Assembly: GCA_036517655.1 (NCBI GenBank)
Contig: DATDVE010000019.1
Span: 1 to 61,078, forward strand
Source: Minisyncoccota bacterium
Lineage (GTDB): Bacteria; Patescibacteriota; Minisyncoccia; Phycocordibacterales; DATDSR01
Direction of reading: 5' to 3'
DNA length: 61,078 bases
Under the pieces are notes generated by a model that did not search any database, was not told the DNA's origin, and saw nothing but the letters and a program-made list of their open reading frames with translations. Both the position numbers and the translations under genes were made by a program. Shown one piece after another: positions 1-9,300 of the stretch. Each line of letters starts with the position of its first letter. Within the stretch, counting starts at the first letter, position 1.

Positions 1-1
1 C

Positions 2-358
2 GTCGCGGCAGGTTCGAACTCTGGTCCAGCACCACTAGATGCATTCGCTTCCTGCCTCACAGAGAAAGGCGCGACATATTACGGAGCCTTCTGGTGTCCT
101 AACTGCCAGAAGCAGAATGCCATGTTCGGCAAGTCGAAGAAGTTGGTCAACTATGTAGAATGCTCGACTCCCGACAGCAAGGGACAGCTGCAAGTATGCA
201 TAGATGCTGGAATAACTAATTACCCTACATGGGACTTCCCACCTATTGCTCCTGCCACTACAACCACTCGCGTAATCGGGGTGCAAGAACTTGAGACATT
301 GTCGCAGATGACTGGTTGCGTTCTGTCTGGTAGCGGAGCAGCCACTACTACTCCGTAG
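2..358 (+). CDS. Thioredoxin-like domain protein, 5' end cut by window edge (VKOR-associated Trx-like type)
   Basis: The frame of ORF 122..358 stays open back to nt 2. It reads ..FASCLTEKGATYYGAFWCPNCQKQNAMFGKS..YVEC..CIDAGITNYPTW. The CxxC site and YVEC/YPTW spacing recall the Trx-like domain fused to bacterial VKOR homologues. Confidence 0.65.
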   Translation, partial: VAAGSNSGPAPLDAFASCLTEKGATYYGAFWCPNCQKQNAMFGKSKKLVNYVECSTPDSKGQLQVCIDAGITNYPTWDFPPIAPATTTTRVIGVQELETLSQMTGCVLSGSGAATTTP

Positions 359-374
359 TTATAAAACGTTATTA

Positions 375-417
375 GAAGTAGAAAGACGAAAGGCCCGAGG
401 TTTGATTCCCCCGGGCC
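375..417 (-). terminator. GC-rich hairpin plus T tract downstream of 435..1070
   Basis: Stem is GGCCCGAGG (392-400) against CCCCCGGGCC (408-417). On the minus strand it is followed by TTCGTCTTTCTACTTCT. Confidence 0.5.
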
Positions 418-434
418 CCTGATACGCGCCGCAC

Positions 435-1070
435 TCACAGGCGGCGATCCTTCGCGAGCTTCTTCTCGAGCTTGCGCTCTTCGCGAGCCAGGCGCTTCTT
501 GTGGTTGCGCAGGGCCCGCGAGTCCTTGACCGGCCCGCAGACCGTCATGGGCTGCAGGATGCAGATCTTGTTCTCGAATATCCCCTGCACCGCCCTGATG
601 CGCGCGTTCTGAGAGTCGTTGGTCGAGTAGTACTGACCCTGTCCCCAGAAGCGCACCTCGCCCTGCGTGCCGTACGCGAAGAGATCCGCGTACTGCGCGC
701 CGCCTCGCGCTGTGGTAGTAAGGTGCAACTCGAGGTAGTTCTCGCGCGTGACCCCCCGTCGCTCGGCCTCGGCCGCGTTCATGCTCGAGTACGAACGGTC
801 CAGGATCTCGACGAGAAGCGTGCCCTCGCGGTCGCGCGTACTCGCGAAGATGCTCCGCATGAGCGACTGGCTGTTCACATCGGCGACGTCCCGCGCGAGG
901 TAGACCTTCCAGCCTCCCTCGCAGAACAGATCCCTGAAGAGAGCCTCCTGACCTTCGCAGGTCCGGTACTCGCCCAGCTGAACGTCGGGCAGAGTGATCG
1001 TGACGCTGACGCCGGCTTCGGCGTGGGCCGCGAGCGCGAAAATCGCGAGAAGTGCTAGAATGCTTTTCAT
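435..1070 (-). CDS. Hypothetical secreted protein (GC-rich island A)
   Basis: 211-aa ORF with a signal-like N-terminus MKSILALLAIFALAAHAEA and a K/R-rich tail. It is GC-rich (43/60 G+C in nt 481-540) compared with its neighbours. No family recognised. Confidence 0.6.
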   Translation of the reverse strand: MKSILALLAIFALAAHAEAGVSVTITLPDVQLGEYRTCEGQEALFRDLFCEGGWKVYLARDVADVNSQSLMRSIFASTRDREGTLLVEILDRSYSSMNAAEAERRGVTRENYLELHLTTTARGGAQYADLFAYGTQGEVRFWGQGQYYSTNDSQNARIRAVQGIFENKICILQPMTVCGPVKDSRALRNHKKRLAREERKLEKKLAKDRRL

Positions 1071-1503
1071 GGGAGCTCACCTATTCCTTTCTCTTCTGAT
1101 ATTGTATCATATTTTGATCCCCACGTCAATAGGTGAGAAAAGCCTTGATTTGCAACTCGAAATTGCAGATAGCCCGGCAGAACGCACCCAAGGCCTCTCT
1201 GATCGAGTGTCACTGCCAGACGATTCTGGCATGCTATTTATTTTTGATGAGCCGGGCTACTACTCTTTCTGGATGAAGAACATGAATTTCCCGCTCGACA
1301 TAATTTGGCTCGATGAGAATTGGAGGGTTGTATGGATAGACGAGAATATATTGCCCGAAACTTATCCGGCATTATTCAATCCCCCATCCCCAATCAAATT
1401 TGTTCTTGAGATAAATACGGGTAAAGCCAGAGAACTAGAACTTAGGCTGGGCGAACGTGTTAGTCTGCCCGCAACCATTCCAGAGCTTGATTCTGGTCAA
1501 TGA
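1069..1503 (+). CDS. DUF192 (COG1430) family protein
   Basis: Motif LEIADSPAERTQGLSDRVSLPDDSGMLFIF..YSFWMKNMNFPLDIIWLDEN is typical of DUF192. The start is uncertain: ATG 1060/1069 or in-frame TTG 1114. The 5' end overlaps the island A start and promoter. Confidence 0.65.
   Translation: MGAHLFLSLLILYHILIPTSIGEKSLDLQLEIADSPAERTQGLSDRVSLPDDSGMLFIFDEPGYYSFWMKNMNFPLDIIWLDENWRVVWIDENILPETYPALFNPPSPIKFVLEINTGKARELELRLGERVSLPATIPELDSGQ
1101..1129 (-). promoter_or_regulatory. Sigma70-like promoter for 435..1070
   Basis: Minus strand reads TTGACG (1124-1129), 17 nt, TACAAT (1101-1106), about 30 nt upstream of the ATG with an AGGTGAG SD in between. Confidence 0.5.
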
Positions 1504-1849
1504 AAAATTTTACATTCTCTCCGCGGCCGGCGGCATTGACTATGAAATTAATTATAGATTGGATGGCGTGTGACATGCCGTAGAAGGCCGTGCGTTCTAT
1601 GCGCTTATCAGAAAGTGTCTCGATGTACATATCCGTGGCATGTTTGGTGGGGATGCCAGCGCCGGAGAGGTCAACAAGAATTCTGAATTTGCGTTCGGGA
1701 AAGCGTTTGATCATATCCTCATAGAATTCGCGCGTCTCGGCTGCCATGTCATCGTGCTCCTCGGGACTCTCACCGGGCGCGGAGAAAGAAAGAGTGACCA
1801 GATTAGTGGTCTCCTCGTATACAAGATGAACCTTCCCTGTGTGCTTCAC
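1460..1849 (-). CDS. STAS/SpoIIAA-like small protein (tentative)
   Basis: 129-aa ORF. ..FRILVDLSGAG.. and the C-terminal VKFFIDQNQALEWL resemble SpoIIAA-like STAS_2 proteins. It overlaps the DUF192 3' end convergently by 44 nt. Confidence 0.45.
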   Translation of the reverse strand: MKHTGKVHLVYEETTNLVTLSFSAPGESPEEHDDMAAETREFYEDMIKRFPERKFRILVDLSGAGIPTKHATDMYIETLSDKRIERTAFYGMSHAIQSIINFIVNAAGRGENVKFFIDQNQALEWLRAD

Positions 1850-1851
1850 CC

Positions 1852-2880
1852 CTACAGTATAACAGGAGTGGCAGAAATATGTTGGTAGACGTACGTGAGA
1901 GCCACAATAAGGACAAGGAGAGCAAGGCCGGAAGCAAGATGTCTGCCATGGTGACGCTTAAGTTCTACTGCAAGCGACAAGACTATGGCGAGCAGAACTA
2001 TGGCAATCAGAACGTAGTAGATTAAGTGCAAGAGAGTGTTGGGACTCGATAGCACACGCGCTCCCAGACTTGCATATTTGGTTGAGTCTTGTTCACCATT
2101 ACTCGTTACTAGTTCCTCGTTACTCGTTACATCTTCAGTCTCTTCTATGTTTCTGACTGCGACAAAAGTAGGAGTTTCGCTTATAGATTCAACTTCTGGT
2201 TCGTTAACTGGCGCGGGAGCCTGGGTGGGGAGAGGCTCAACTTCGCTCGCCTCCACTCGGGCCACCGAGGGCACAATTGATGGCAGTGACGGAGCGTGGC
2301 TCACTGGTCGGCCGAAGTATTGGGCTACGAAAATTGTGGGTTGGCCTTGGTAAATACCTTCTGCTGTGGCAATGCCGATTTCGCTAAATTGCTGATTGAG
2401 AATGTTAGCTCGGTGACCAGGCGAATTCATCCAGGCCTGATTGACCACGCCGGAATCGTTGAAGTTCACCGCCAAATTCTCGCCAGCATAAATAAATCTG
2501 TAACCATTTTTTGTAAACCAATACCAAGGAGTAATACCCGTAGGCGAAACGTGAGCAAAGTAACTGTAACGAGCCATGTCATTGGCCTTCTCCTGCGCAG
2601 CCGCTTCAAGCACGGGATTGCGAGTTAATGGTGTGAGTGAATAGAGAGAGCGATCTTCGTTAGCCAGGTCAATCAAGACTGCAGGCAAAACGCTCGCTAG
2701 ATAATCAATGCGAGAAATTATGAGCGGATAAGATAGAGAAAGTGAGAAAACAGCAACAGCAAAAAGCGAGACAACAGCAATGCTCTTCTTGTGAAAGAAG
2801 TGCGGCTTGTAAGAATTGTGCTCGTGAGGCACGAAGTAATGTCGCAGAAAACCGAGTCCCCGCTTGACAAAATCAATCAT
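1852..2880 (-). CDS. Membrane-anchored CAP/SCP (PR-1-like, YkwD-type) domain protein
   Basis: Has an N-terminal TM segment, then AAAQEKANDMARYSYFAHVSP..GENLAVNF..VVNQAWMNSPGHRANIL..FSEIGIA. A C-terminal TM follows a Pro/Glu-rich linker. Confidence 0.75.
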   Translation of the reverse strand: MIDFVKRGLGFLRHYFVPHEHNSYKPHFFHKKSIAVVSLFAVAVFSLSLSYPLIISRIDYLASVLPAVLIDLANEDRSLYSLTPLTRNPVLEAAAQEKANDMARYSYFAHVSPTGITPWYWFTKNGYRFIYAGENLAVNFNDSGVVNQAWMNSPGHRANILNQQFSEIGIATAEGIYQGQPTIFVAQYFGRPVSHAPSLPSIVPSVARVEASEVEPLPTQAPAPVNEPEVESISETPTFVAVRNIEETEDVTSNEELVTSNGEQDSTKYASLGARVLSSPNTLLHLIYYVLIAIVLLAIVLSLAVELKRHHGRHLASGLALLVLIVALTYVYQHISATPVIL

Positions 2881-2955
2881 ATGTTGAATTATATCACATC
2901 TCCAGAATTTTGCAAGTCGGCTATCCGAGCTTGGAACCTAAGGCTCCAAGTGACC

Positions 2956-2984
2956 TTGACACAGCGGGCGATGGGTGATATAAT
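2956..2984 (+). promoter_or_regulatory. Consensus sigma70 promoter for 3047..3298
   Basis: TTGACA (2956-2961), 17 nt, TATAAT (2979-2984). Confidence 0.6.
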
Positions 2985-3046
2985 GGCCGCAGTAAACTCA
3001 CGACATGAGCCCGGGGTGGCCGGCTCAACGGAAGGGAGGGAAAGAC

Positions 3047-3298
3047 ATGAAGGAAGCGGGGAACTACCTGGTTGTGCGGTATCCCAAGGAACAGCGACCC
3101 ACCCTCGAACTGATGACGAAGGATGAGGTCTTCGCGGGGGGGCAGGAGATCTTTAGCAACAAGACGGATTTGCCAACCCTCAGCCCGGCGGCAACCACAG
3201 TCCTCGAGGGTCTCCTCGAGACGGAGCATGGGCGGGAGGTCGTGCAGAAACTCAGCGAGAACGGATTCAGCATCGGCTTCGGGGCGGCCAACCCCTAG
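3047..3298 (+). CDS. Hypothetical 83-aa protein (GC-rich island B)
   Basis: ATG 3047 lies 7 nt after a GGGAGG SD and is preferred over the ORF-track start 3005. It has a consensus promoter upstream and a terminator downstream. No family recognised. Confidence 0.5.
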   Translation: MKEAGNYLVVRYPKEQRPTLELMTKDEVFAGGQEIFSNKTDLPTLSPAATTVLEGLLETEHGREVVQKLSENGFSIGFGAANP

Positions 3299-3327
3299 AC
3301 AACCCAACCCTATGCAAGCCACAAGAA

Positions 3328-3361
3328 GGCGCGGACCACCCTCCGCGCCTTTCGCAATTTT
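3328..3361 (+). terminator. Intrinsic terminator after 3047..3298
   Basis: GGCGCGG (3328-3334) pairs with CCGCGCC (3343-3349), followed by TTTCGCAATTTT. Confidence 0.55.
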
Positions 3362-3444
3362 GGCTATCCGGACTAGTGGGCTCCTTGCCACGGAATCAGA
3401 TCAGGCATGGGGATCGAGAGCGTTACTCCCCTTAGGCGGCAGTA

Positions 3445-3477
3445 CTCATTGAAAGAAGCGGGGACCTGCGTCCCCGC
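3445..3477 (-). terminator. Intrinsic terminator after 3510..3950
   Basis: GCGGGGAC (3458-3465) pairs with GTCCCCGC (3470-3477). On the minus strand it is followed by TTCTTTCAATGAG. Confidence 0.5.
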
Positions 3478-3509
3478 CTCGTAATGCCTTCGTCCTCTAT
3501 TCGCCGAGA

Positions 3510-3950
3510 TCAGTCTTTCGGGGCTAAGGCGAACATGTGCCTCGCTCCAGCTGCCTGCAGTGACCCGTCGTCCCTCGAGAAGGCGAAATGGAAGGTGACG
3601 TAAGGCTCCCTCTCACCACTCGCGTAAGCCATGACTTCAAGATTCACGCATTCCCCGACTCCGTGAAGGGTGAGGCAAGCTTCTAGTCGATGCGCTTGAT
3701 CGAAGGCCTGTACGAGATCTCTGGATTCGCCATGGCCGAGGCAAAGGTACTTGGTATACGGGTGTCTACTGGTTCCGTCGCAACGGAAAGCCGAAAAACG
3801 AAAGGATAGGTCCGTGCTGAACTGCAAAAATCTGATGAAGAAAAGCAGAGCAGCGTTGTATCCTCGCGTCCACTCGCCACTCGTGTCCGCAGTTTCGAGT
3901 ACATCGCGTAAAGACTTGTCGATGAAGAGGGTAATCTTCTTGGCTCTCAT
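3510..3950 (-). CDS. Hypothetical 146-aa protein (island B)
   Basis: ORF with an AAAGGAG SD 9 nt upstream of the ATG, plus its own promoter and terminator. No family recognised. Confidence 0.5.
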   Translation of the reverse strand: MRAKKITLFIDKSLRDVLETADTSGEWTRGYNAALLFFIRFLQFSTDLSFRFSAFRCDGTSRHPYTKYLCLGHGESRDLVQAFDQAHRLEACLTLHGVGECVNLEVMAYASGEREPYVTFHFAFSRDDGSLQAAGARHMFALAPKD

Positions 3951-4014
3951 TCGCGTTTTCTCCTTTCGAGAGTGGGCACGCCAGGGCCCAATTTAGGGGT
4001 TCAATACTGTCAAT

Positions 4015-4043
4015 AGACTACATCAAAGACCCGATTTTGTCAA
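4015..4043 (-). promoter_or_regulatory. Sigma70-like promoter for 3510..3950
   Basis: Minus strand reads TTGACA (4038-4043), 17 nt, TAGTCT (4015-4020). Confidence 0.5.
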
Positions 4044-4104
4044 TCCCACGTAATGGTTCAAGCATGCCTGAACCATTCTTTACCTAATTCGTGATTCATG
4101 CCCA

Positions 4105-4144
4105 CCCCGAAGGCTTAACCTTCGCGAAGGTTAAGCCTTCGGGG
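4105..4144. repeat. 40-bp perfect palindrome, copy 1 of a two-member family
   Basis: CCCCGAAGGCTTAACCTTCG/CGAAGGTTAAGCCTTCGGGG. It lies 18 nt beyond the stop of 4163..4690 and matches 12948..12987 at 34/40. Confidence 0.8.
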
Positions 4145-4162
4145 GATTACGTTCCAGTCAAG

Positions 4163-4690
4163 TTATCTGCTCGACCAAGGAATGAGTTGATTGGGAGTGA
4201 ACATTGGTATGTCTAGATTGACGCCGCGTAATCTGCAGTATTCTATGTTGGCTTTGCGTCTGGTGGTCATGTAGAAGTTGCCCGTTGGTGCGGTTAGGTT
4301 CCAGGGGGCCAAAACGTCGGATGAATTTGTTTGCTGAAATTGATTGAGGGCCGCAATTGTTAGTGGACCATATACGCCTGTTATTGGCAGGTTTGCGTTT
4401 TGATATTCGTTTAAGAATTCCTGCAAGTTCTTGATAGTCTGTACGCCCGCAGTGTCGCGGCCCTTCATTGCGTATTCGTGAAATCTGGCCACACATGTGA
4501 TGGTGTTGCCATTTGCATCTGTAGCCACACCCAAGACTTGACCAGCCGAGACTGGGCCTGTGGGGTTGACTGTCACCGCGCCGAAGAGGCCTATTGGTCC
4601 ACCAGAACCATATTGAGCATAACTAACGAACGGAAGGAAGCTACCCAAAATAAGGCTTAAAACAAGGAGTTTTGCGCTTTTTGCATTCAT
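4163..4690 (-). CDS. Small secreted protein with a peptidoglycan-binding-like C-terminal module
   Basis: Signal peptide MNAKSAKLLVLSLILGSFLPFVSYA. The last ~125 aa are paralogous to the C-terminus of 6325..9423. NLQEFLNEY..LPITGVYGPLTIAALNQFQ resembles PG_binding_1. Confidence 0.7.
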   Translation of the reverse strand: MNAKSAKLLVLSLILGSFLPFVSYAQYGSGGPIGLFGAVTVNPTGPVSAGQVLGVATDANGNTITCVARFHEYAMKGRDTAGVQTIKNLQEFLNEYQNANLPITGVYGPLTIAALNQFQQTNSSDVLAPWNLTAPTGNFYMTTRRKANIEYCRLRGVNLDIPMFTPNQLIPWSSR

Positions 4691-4762
4691 ATCATTAATA
4701 GTTTACAAGCCTAACATACACTAATTATAATGTCAAGCTCTGGCAGCAATTTACAGAAAGAC

Positions 4763-6340
4763 CTATCTCTTTCTGAAGTACGTGCGCAGGAGCAGTACTA
4801 CTAACGATGTAGAAAGGATTGTGTTATACAAAACCCAAAATTGAATGGTGAGGTAGTTATAGTTTAACGGGTGCAGCTTGCCACTATAGGCCATGAACAT
4901 TATTAGGGCTGTGTAAGCGAGTAGATAGATAATCGCGGAAAAAGTTGCTTGTTTGAACGCCCGCGAGGCACCGGGCTGCTTGCTATTGGTCGCCACACGC
5001 GTGGTATTACTTTTGAAAATAGCAGCAACGATAGAGTGACTGCAACTATAGAGTTGGATGAAGTATGAATAGAACGCTCCCCTGCCGAAGCGCGATATGG
5101 GGAAGGCGAGCATATAGGCGAAGCCCCAAATCATGTACGGCAAGAAGATGATCGCGCCCGCGAGGTTGATGTAGTCGTTATAGAAGAAAAGTGTCCAGAA
5201 AAGTTGGAAAGAAAATAACAAAGTGAGCGGGTGGTGGAAATAATATAAGAAGCCGGTGATGTAGGAGAGCTTAGTCTTCCAGGAGACTTGCGCCTTCCAG
5301 AACTTGCGACCCATGAAAGGGAAGAGACTGCCCGTGCACCAAGTGTGTTGTTGGTGGAAGTAGGCGTGCGGATCGTTGGGGCAAGTGCCGATCCCCAAGA
5401 TCACGGGCACGTAGCGCACTGTCCAGCCGAGGGCTTGGAGATCGAAGCCTGTGTGGGCATCCTCGCTGTGTTCTTGCAAACTCGCGCCGCCAATTTGGGC
5501 AAGCGCTTCGCGTCTATAAATAGCATTCGAGCCGCAGCAAATAGTTGCATCAAGTCTATCGCGAGCCACTTCGATTATACGATAGAAGGCTTCCTGCGAG
5601 TGGGCCGCGCCGTAAGCCAGTGGCTGCTCGCGCTTAATCTTCTTGCCCATGTCGAAGTATTGCGGCGACTGCACAATGCCTATTCTCTTGCCACTGTCAT
5701 CATTGCTAGCATGCTCCATGTAGGGTAGGAGCTCGCGGATAAAGTCAGGATGTGGCGCGCAATCTGCGTCGAGGATTACGATAAACTCGCCCGAGCTCCG
5801 CTCGAAACCGTATCTAATATTACCTGCCTTCTTCATATAGCCTCTGTCTGGTCTGGACAAGTACTCGAAACCATACTGTTTGGCCATAACTTCTTGCTCT
5901 TTGCGTGAATCTTGATCTTTAGTATCGTCGAGCACGTACACTTTTTTATTCACATAGGGCAATGCGGCCACGTGTTGCCAAGTGTTGCGCAGTACACTTA
6001 ATTCTTCGCCGCAGATTGGCAAGAACACGTCAACGGATGGCTCCCCCTTCTTTCCTCCCCCATCTTTTTGGCTGGCCCAAAAGTTTTCTACACAAGCAAA
6101 GTGTTTGGTTAGATCGAAACGCTTGTAGAAAAGATTCTGGATAAAGCTCAAGAGATAATATGCAGAGAAGAAGAGCAGAAGCGGCCCGACGAACCAGCGA
6201 AAGAATAAGTCGTAGCGTATAGCGGGGATGAAGCCATATACAACCAAGAGCCAGGAGACAATGCCGAAAGCGAAAAACACCCGCACGAGCCATGTGGGTG
6301 TTTTTCGGACGTATAAGTATTTATCTATCTGCTCGACCAA
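4763..6340 (-). CDS. Family-2 glycosyltransferase, processive cellulose-synthase-like
   Basis: Motifs VLDD, KKAGNIRYG, ILDADC, SEDAHTG and QQHTWCTG (a QxxRW variant) lie between N- and C-terminal TM bundles. The start overlaps the upstream gene's stop by 16 nt. Confidence 0.85.
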   Translation of the reverse strand: MVEQIDKYLYVRKTPTWLVRVFFAFGIVSWLLVVYGFIPAIRYDLFFRWFVGPLLLFFSAYYLLSFIQNLFYKRFDLTKHFACVENFWASQKDGGGKKGEPSVDVFLPICGEELSVLRNTWQHVAALPYVNKKVYVLDDTKDQDSRKEQEVMAKQYGFEYLSRPDRGYMKKAGNIRYGFERSSGEFIVILDADCAPHPDFIRELLPYMEHASNDDSGKRIGIVQSPQYFDMGKKIKREQPLAYGAAHSQEAFYRIIEVARDRLDATICCGSNAIYRREALAQIGGASLQEHSEDAHTGFDLQALGWTVRYVPVILGIGTCPNDPHAYFHQQHTWCTGSLFPFMGRKFWKAQVSWKTKLSYITGFLYYFHHPLTLLFSFQLFWTLFFYNDYINLAGAIIFLPYMIWGFAYMLAFPISRFGRGAFYSYFIQLYSCSHSIVAAIFKSNTTRVATNSKQPGASRAFKQATFSAIIYLLAYTALIMFMAYSGKLHPLNYNYLTIQFWVLYNTILSTSLVVLLLRTYFRKR

Positions 6341-9300
6341 GGAATGAGTTGCTCGGGAGTGAACATCGGTATATCAAGTGTGATGCCACGTAATCTGCAG
6401 TACTCAATGTTGGCCTTGCGCCTAGTTGTCATGTAGAAGTGACCAGTGGGGCCATTCAAGTTCCAAGGAGTCAACACGTCTGTGGCATTGGTGGTCTGGA
6501 AAGTGTTCACTTGCGAGATTGTGAGCGGACCGTAGAAGCCGGTCATTGGTAGATTAGCGCTCTGGTATTCGTTCAAGAAAGATTGCAGGTTGGTGATAGT
6601 CTCATTGCCGGCAGTGTTACGTCCGCGCATTGCGTACTCGCTGAAGCGAGCAAGGCATGTCTGTGTGTTGCCACTTGAGTCTGTCGAAACACCCAAAACT
6701 TGACCCGCCCCCACCGGACCCACTGCCACTTGCCCTGAGCCCGTCGAAGGGCTCCCCACGGAAATGTAAGCACCCAGAACCGATCCCGAAGGCCCGGTCT
6801 GCGGAGCCGTAGGAGAACTGCCCACAATCTGTCCCCCGCCCCCACCACCGCCAGAACTCGCCGGAGGAGTAACTGGTGCAGGAGTATTATCTGTTGGATC
6901 GCAGGCATCGCCTATGCCGTCACTATCCTTGTCAGCCTGATCTTCGTTAGGAATCAACGGACAGTTATCAGCCGTATCAGCATCGCCGTCGTTGTCATCG
7001 TCATCATCACAAGCATCCCCCATAGCATCGCCATCAGTATTTAGTTGATCAGTATTTTCAACCAGTGGGCAGTTATCGGTTGAATCCAGAATGGTGTCAG
7101 AATCCGTGTCATCACAAACGTCACCCTCTGCATCTTCGTTCATGTTGGCCTGATTGCTGTTGGCATTGATTGGGCAGTTGTCGACCCCATTTAATACCGT
7201 GTCGCCATCCTTATCTGGATCGCAAGCATCGCCTATGCCGTCATCATCGAGGTCAGCCTGGTCGAGATTTGCAATCAAGGGACAATTGTCAGTTTCGTCA
7301 GGGACAGTGTCGTCGTCAGCATCACCATCGTCACATGCATCTCCAACTCCGTTTCCATCAATATCCTCTTGTCCTGGGTTCGAGACAAGCGGACAGTTGT
7401 CTGCATCATCTAGGTCATCGTCGTTGTCGTCATCAGTATCGCATGCATTACCTATTCCGTCCCCATCAGTGTCGAGTTGATCGATATTAGCCACCAGTGG
7501 ACAATTATCTGGAGTATCAAGAACCGTATCATTGTCATCGTCACCGTCACAAGCGTCTCCCGCACCATCACCGTCGGTATCTGTCTGGTCTGCATTCACT
7601 ATCAACGGACAGTTGTCTGCTGTGTCTAAGTCGTCATCATTATCATCGTCATCATCACAGACATCACCCAAACCGTCGCCATCGGTGTCAGTTTGATCGA
7701 GATTGGCAATCAAAGGACAATTGTCAGGTGTATCAAGAACTGTATCATTGTCGTCATCCGGATCGCAGGCGTCGCCTAGTCCATCCCCGTCCGTATCGGT
7801 TTGTTCCGGGTTGGCTACAAACGGGCAGTTATCCGTTGTGTCAAGATCCCCGTCATTATCATCATCGTCGTCGCAGGTATCGCCCATTGTGTCGCCGTCG
7901 TTATTGGCTTGATCAGTATTTGCATTCACTGGGCAGTTATCAGCGTCGTCAAGAATTGTGTCGTTATCATCGTCCGTATCACACTCATCGCCAATCCCAT
8001 CACCGTCGGTGTCAGTTTGATCTGGGTTTGAATTAATGGGACAGTTGTCTGTATCATCACGCACCGTATCATCATCAGTGTCTGGGTCACTCGGATCAGT
8101 TACAGTCTCGTCATCATTCAGCAAAGTATCACCATCCTTGTCTGGATCACACACATCGCCAAGACCGTCGCCATCTATATCTTCTTGCCCAGGGTTATCA
8201 ATTGTAGGACAGTTATCTGCGTCGTTTAGGACGCCGTCATCGTCCAGATCTGTATCAGATGTAACAATGACAGTGCGCGTTACTTGAGTCGCAGCAAGCC
8301 CGTCAGAATCAGACACGTCGTAGGTAATAGTGTACGTACCTTCTGCATTAGTTACTGTGTCGCCACCAACCACAATCGAAGACGTAAGATCGCCATCTTC
8401 CTCGTCAGTAGCTGTAGCACCGGGGTCAGAGAAAGTATCGTCAGTCTCAAGTACTATCGGGTCAGCTCCGATAAGAGTTATCACCGGAGCAGCATTATCG
8501 TCATTTGTTACAGCACAAATTATATCCTGATCTAAGACCAGTGTTCCAGTGTCACAGTCATCTGCGTAGGAAACCGCGTATGTTCCTGGATTGTCCTCAA
8601 CTATTGTGTAGGAGCCCAGCCCAGCAATAGCTACTGTCTGGTCGCTCACAACATCCGAGTGAGTGCCGTCAGCGGCAGTGATGGTGAAGGTAAAACTATC
8701 CGCAGAAGATGTACCACCGTCAGTGTTATCAACTGTCTTGTTTATCGTGATTGTCGGTTTGTATGGTTCGCAGTCAGAGTCATCAAAATCAGTATCTCCG
8801 TCAGTATCGTTATCCGCGCCATCAGTACAAAGTCCACCAGTTTCAGTAGATGGAGGGTTTACAACTATTTCTACGTCAATTGTCTCGTCCCCATCTTGCA
8901 AGAACGAAGCACCACCGCCTGTCTTGAAGCTGTTGTTTTTGTTTGCTTCTGCAATAAAGGTAAACGTACCGCCCGTACTTGCAACTGTTGCCGTAAAGAT
9001 AAATGAAATAGAATCACCCGCATCGATGCCATCGCTACCAGTGTTTAGACTTGCCTCGAGAACCCCGGGCTCACCGAAATCGTCAAGGTCCCATTTCCCG
9101 GCATCTTCGGCGTCACTAAAAGATAAACTCGAAAGACCAGATGTCAGAGTAAATCCGGCAGGAAGGTTTAACCTGATTGCCTTCATTTCATCAGTCGAAC
9201 TTGCTGCGTTCGTGAATGTGACTGTAAATTCCACCTCAGAATCGGCATCTACGATCGTAGGAGAGATCGTAACACTAGCCTCACGCACCGGAGCCCCTGC

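Noticed and set aside
2921-3452. ORFs 2921..3391 (minus strand, 156 aa) and 3123..3452 (plus strand, 109 aa) in island B
   Set aside because: They are Arg/Pro/Gly-rich off-frame products of GC-rich DNA. They overlap the 83-aa plus-strand ORF, which has a consensus promoter, an SD and a terminator.
4163-6705. The ~380-bp similar segments flanking the GT2 gene as template/variable repeats of a diversity-generating retroelement
   Set aside because: The mismatches between the copies are of all base types rather than adenine-specific. No reverse transcriptase is nearby, and both copies are ordinary coding C-terminal domains.
6897-8245. Regularly spaced ~108-nt DNA repeats that might be mistaken for a CRISPR-like array
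   Set aside because: The repeats are in frame and contiguous, with no unique spacers. They encode the TSP3 consensus, and there are no cas genes.
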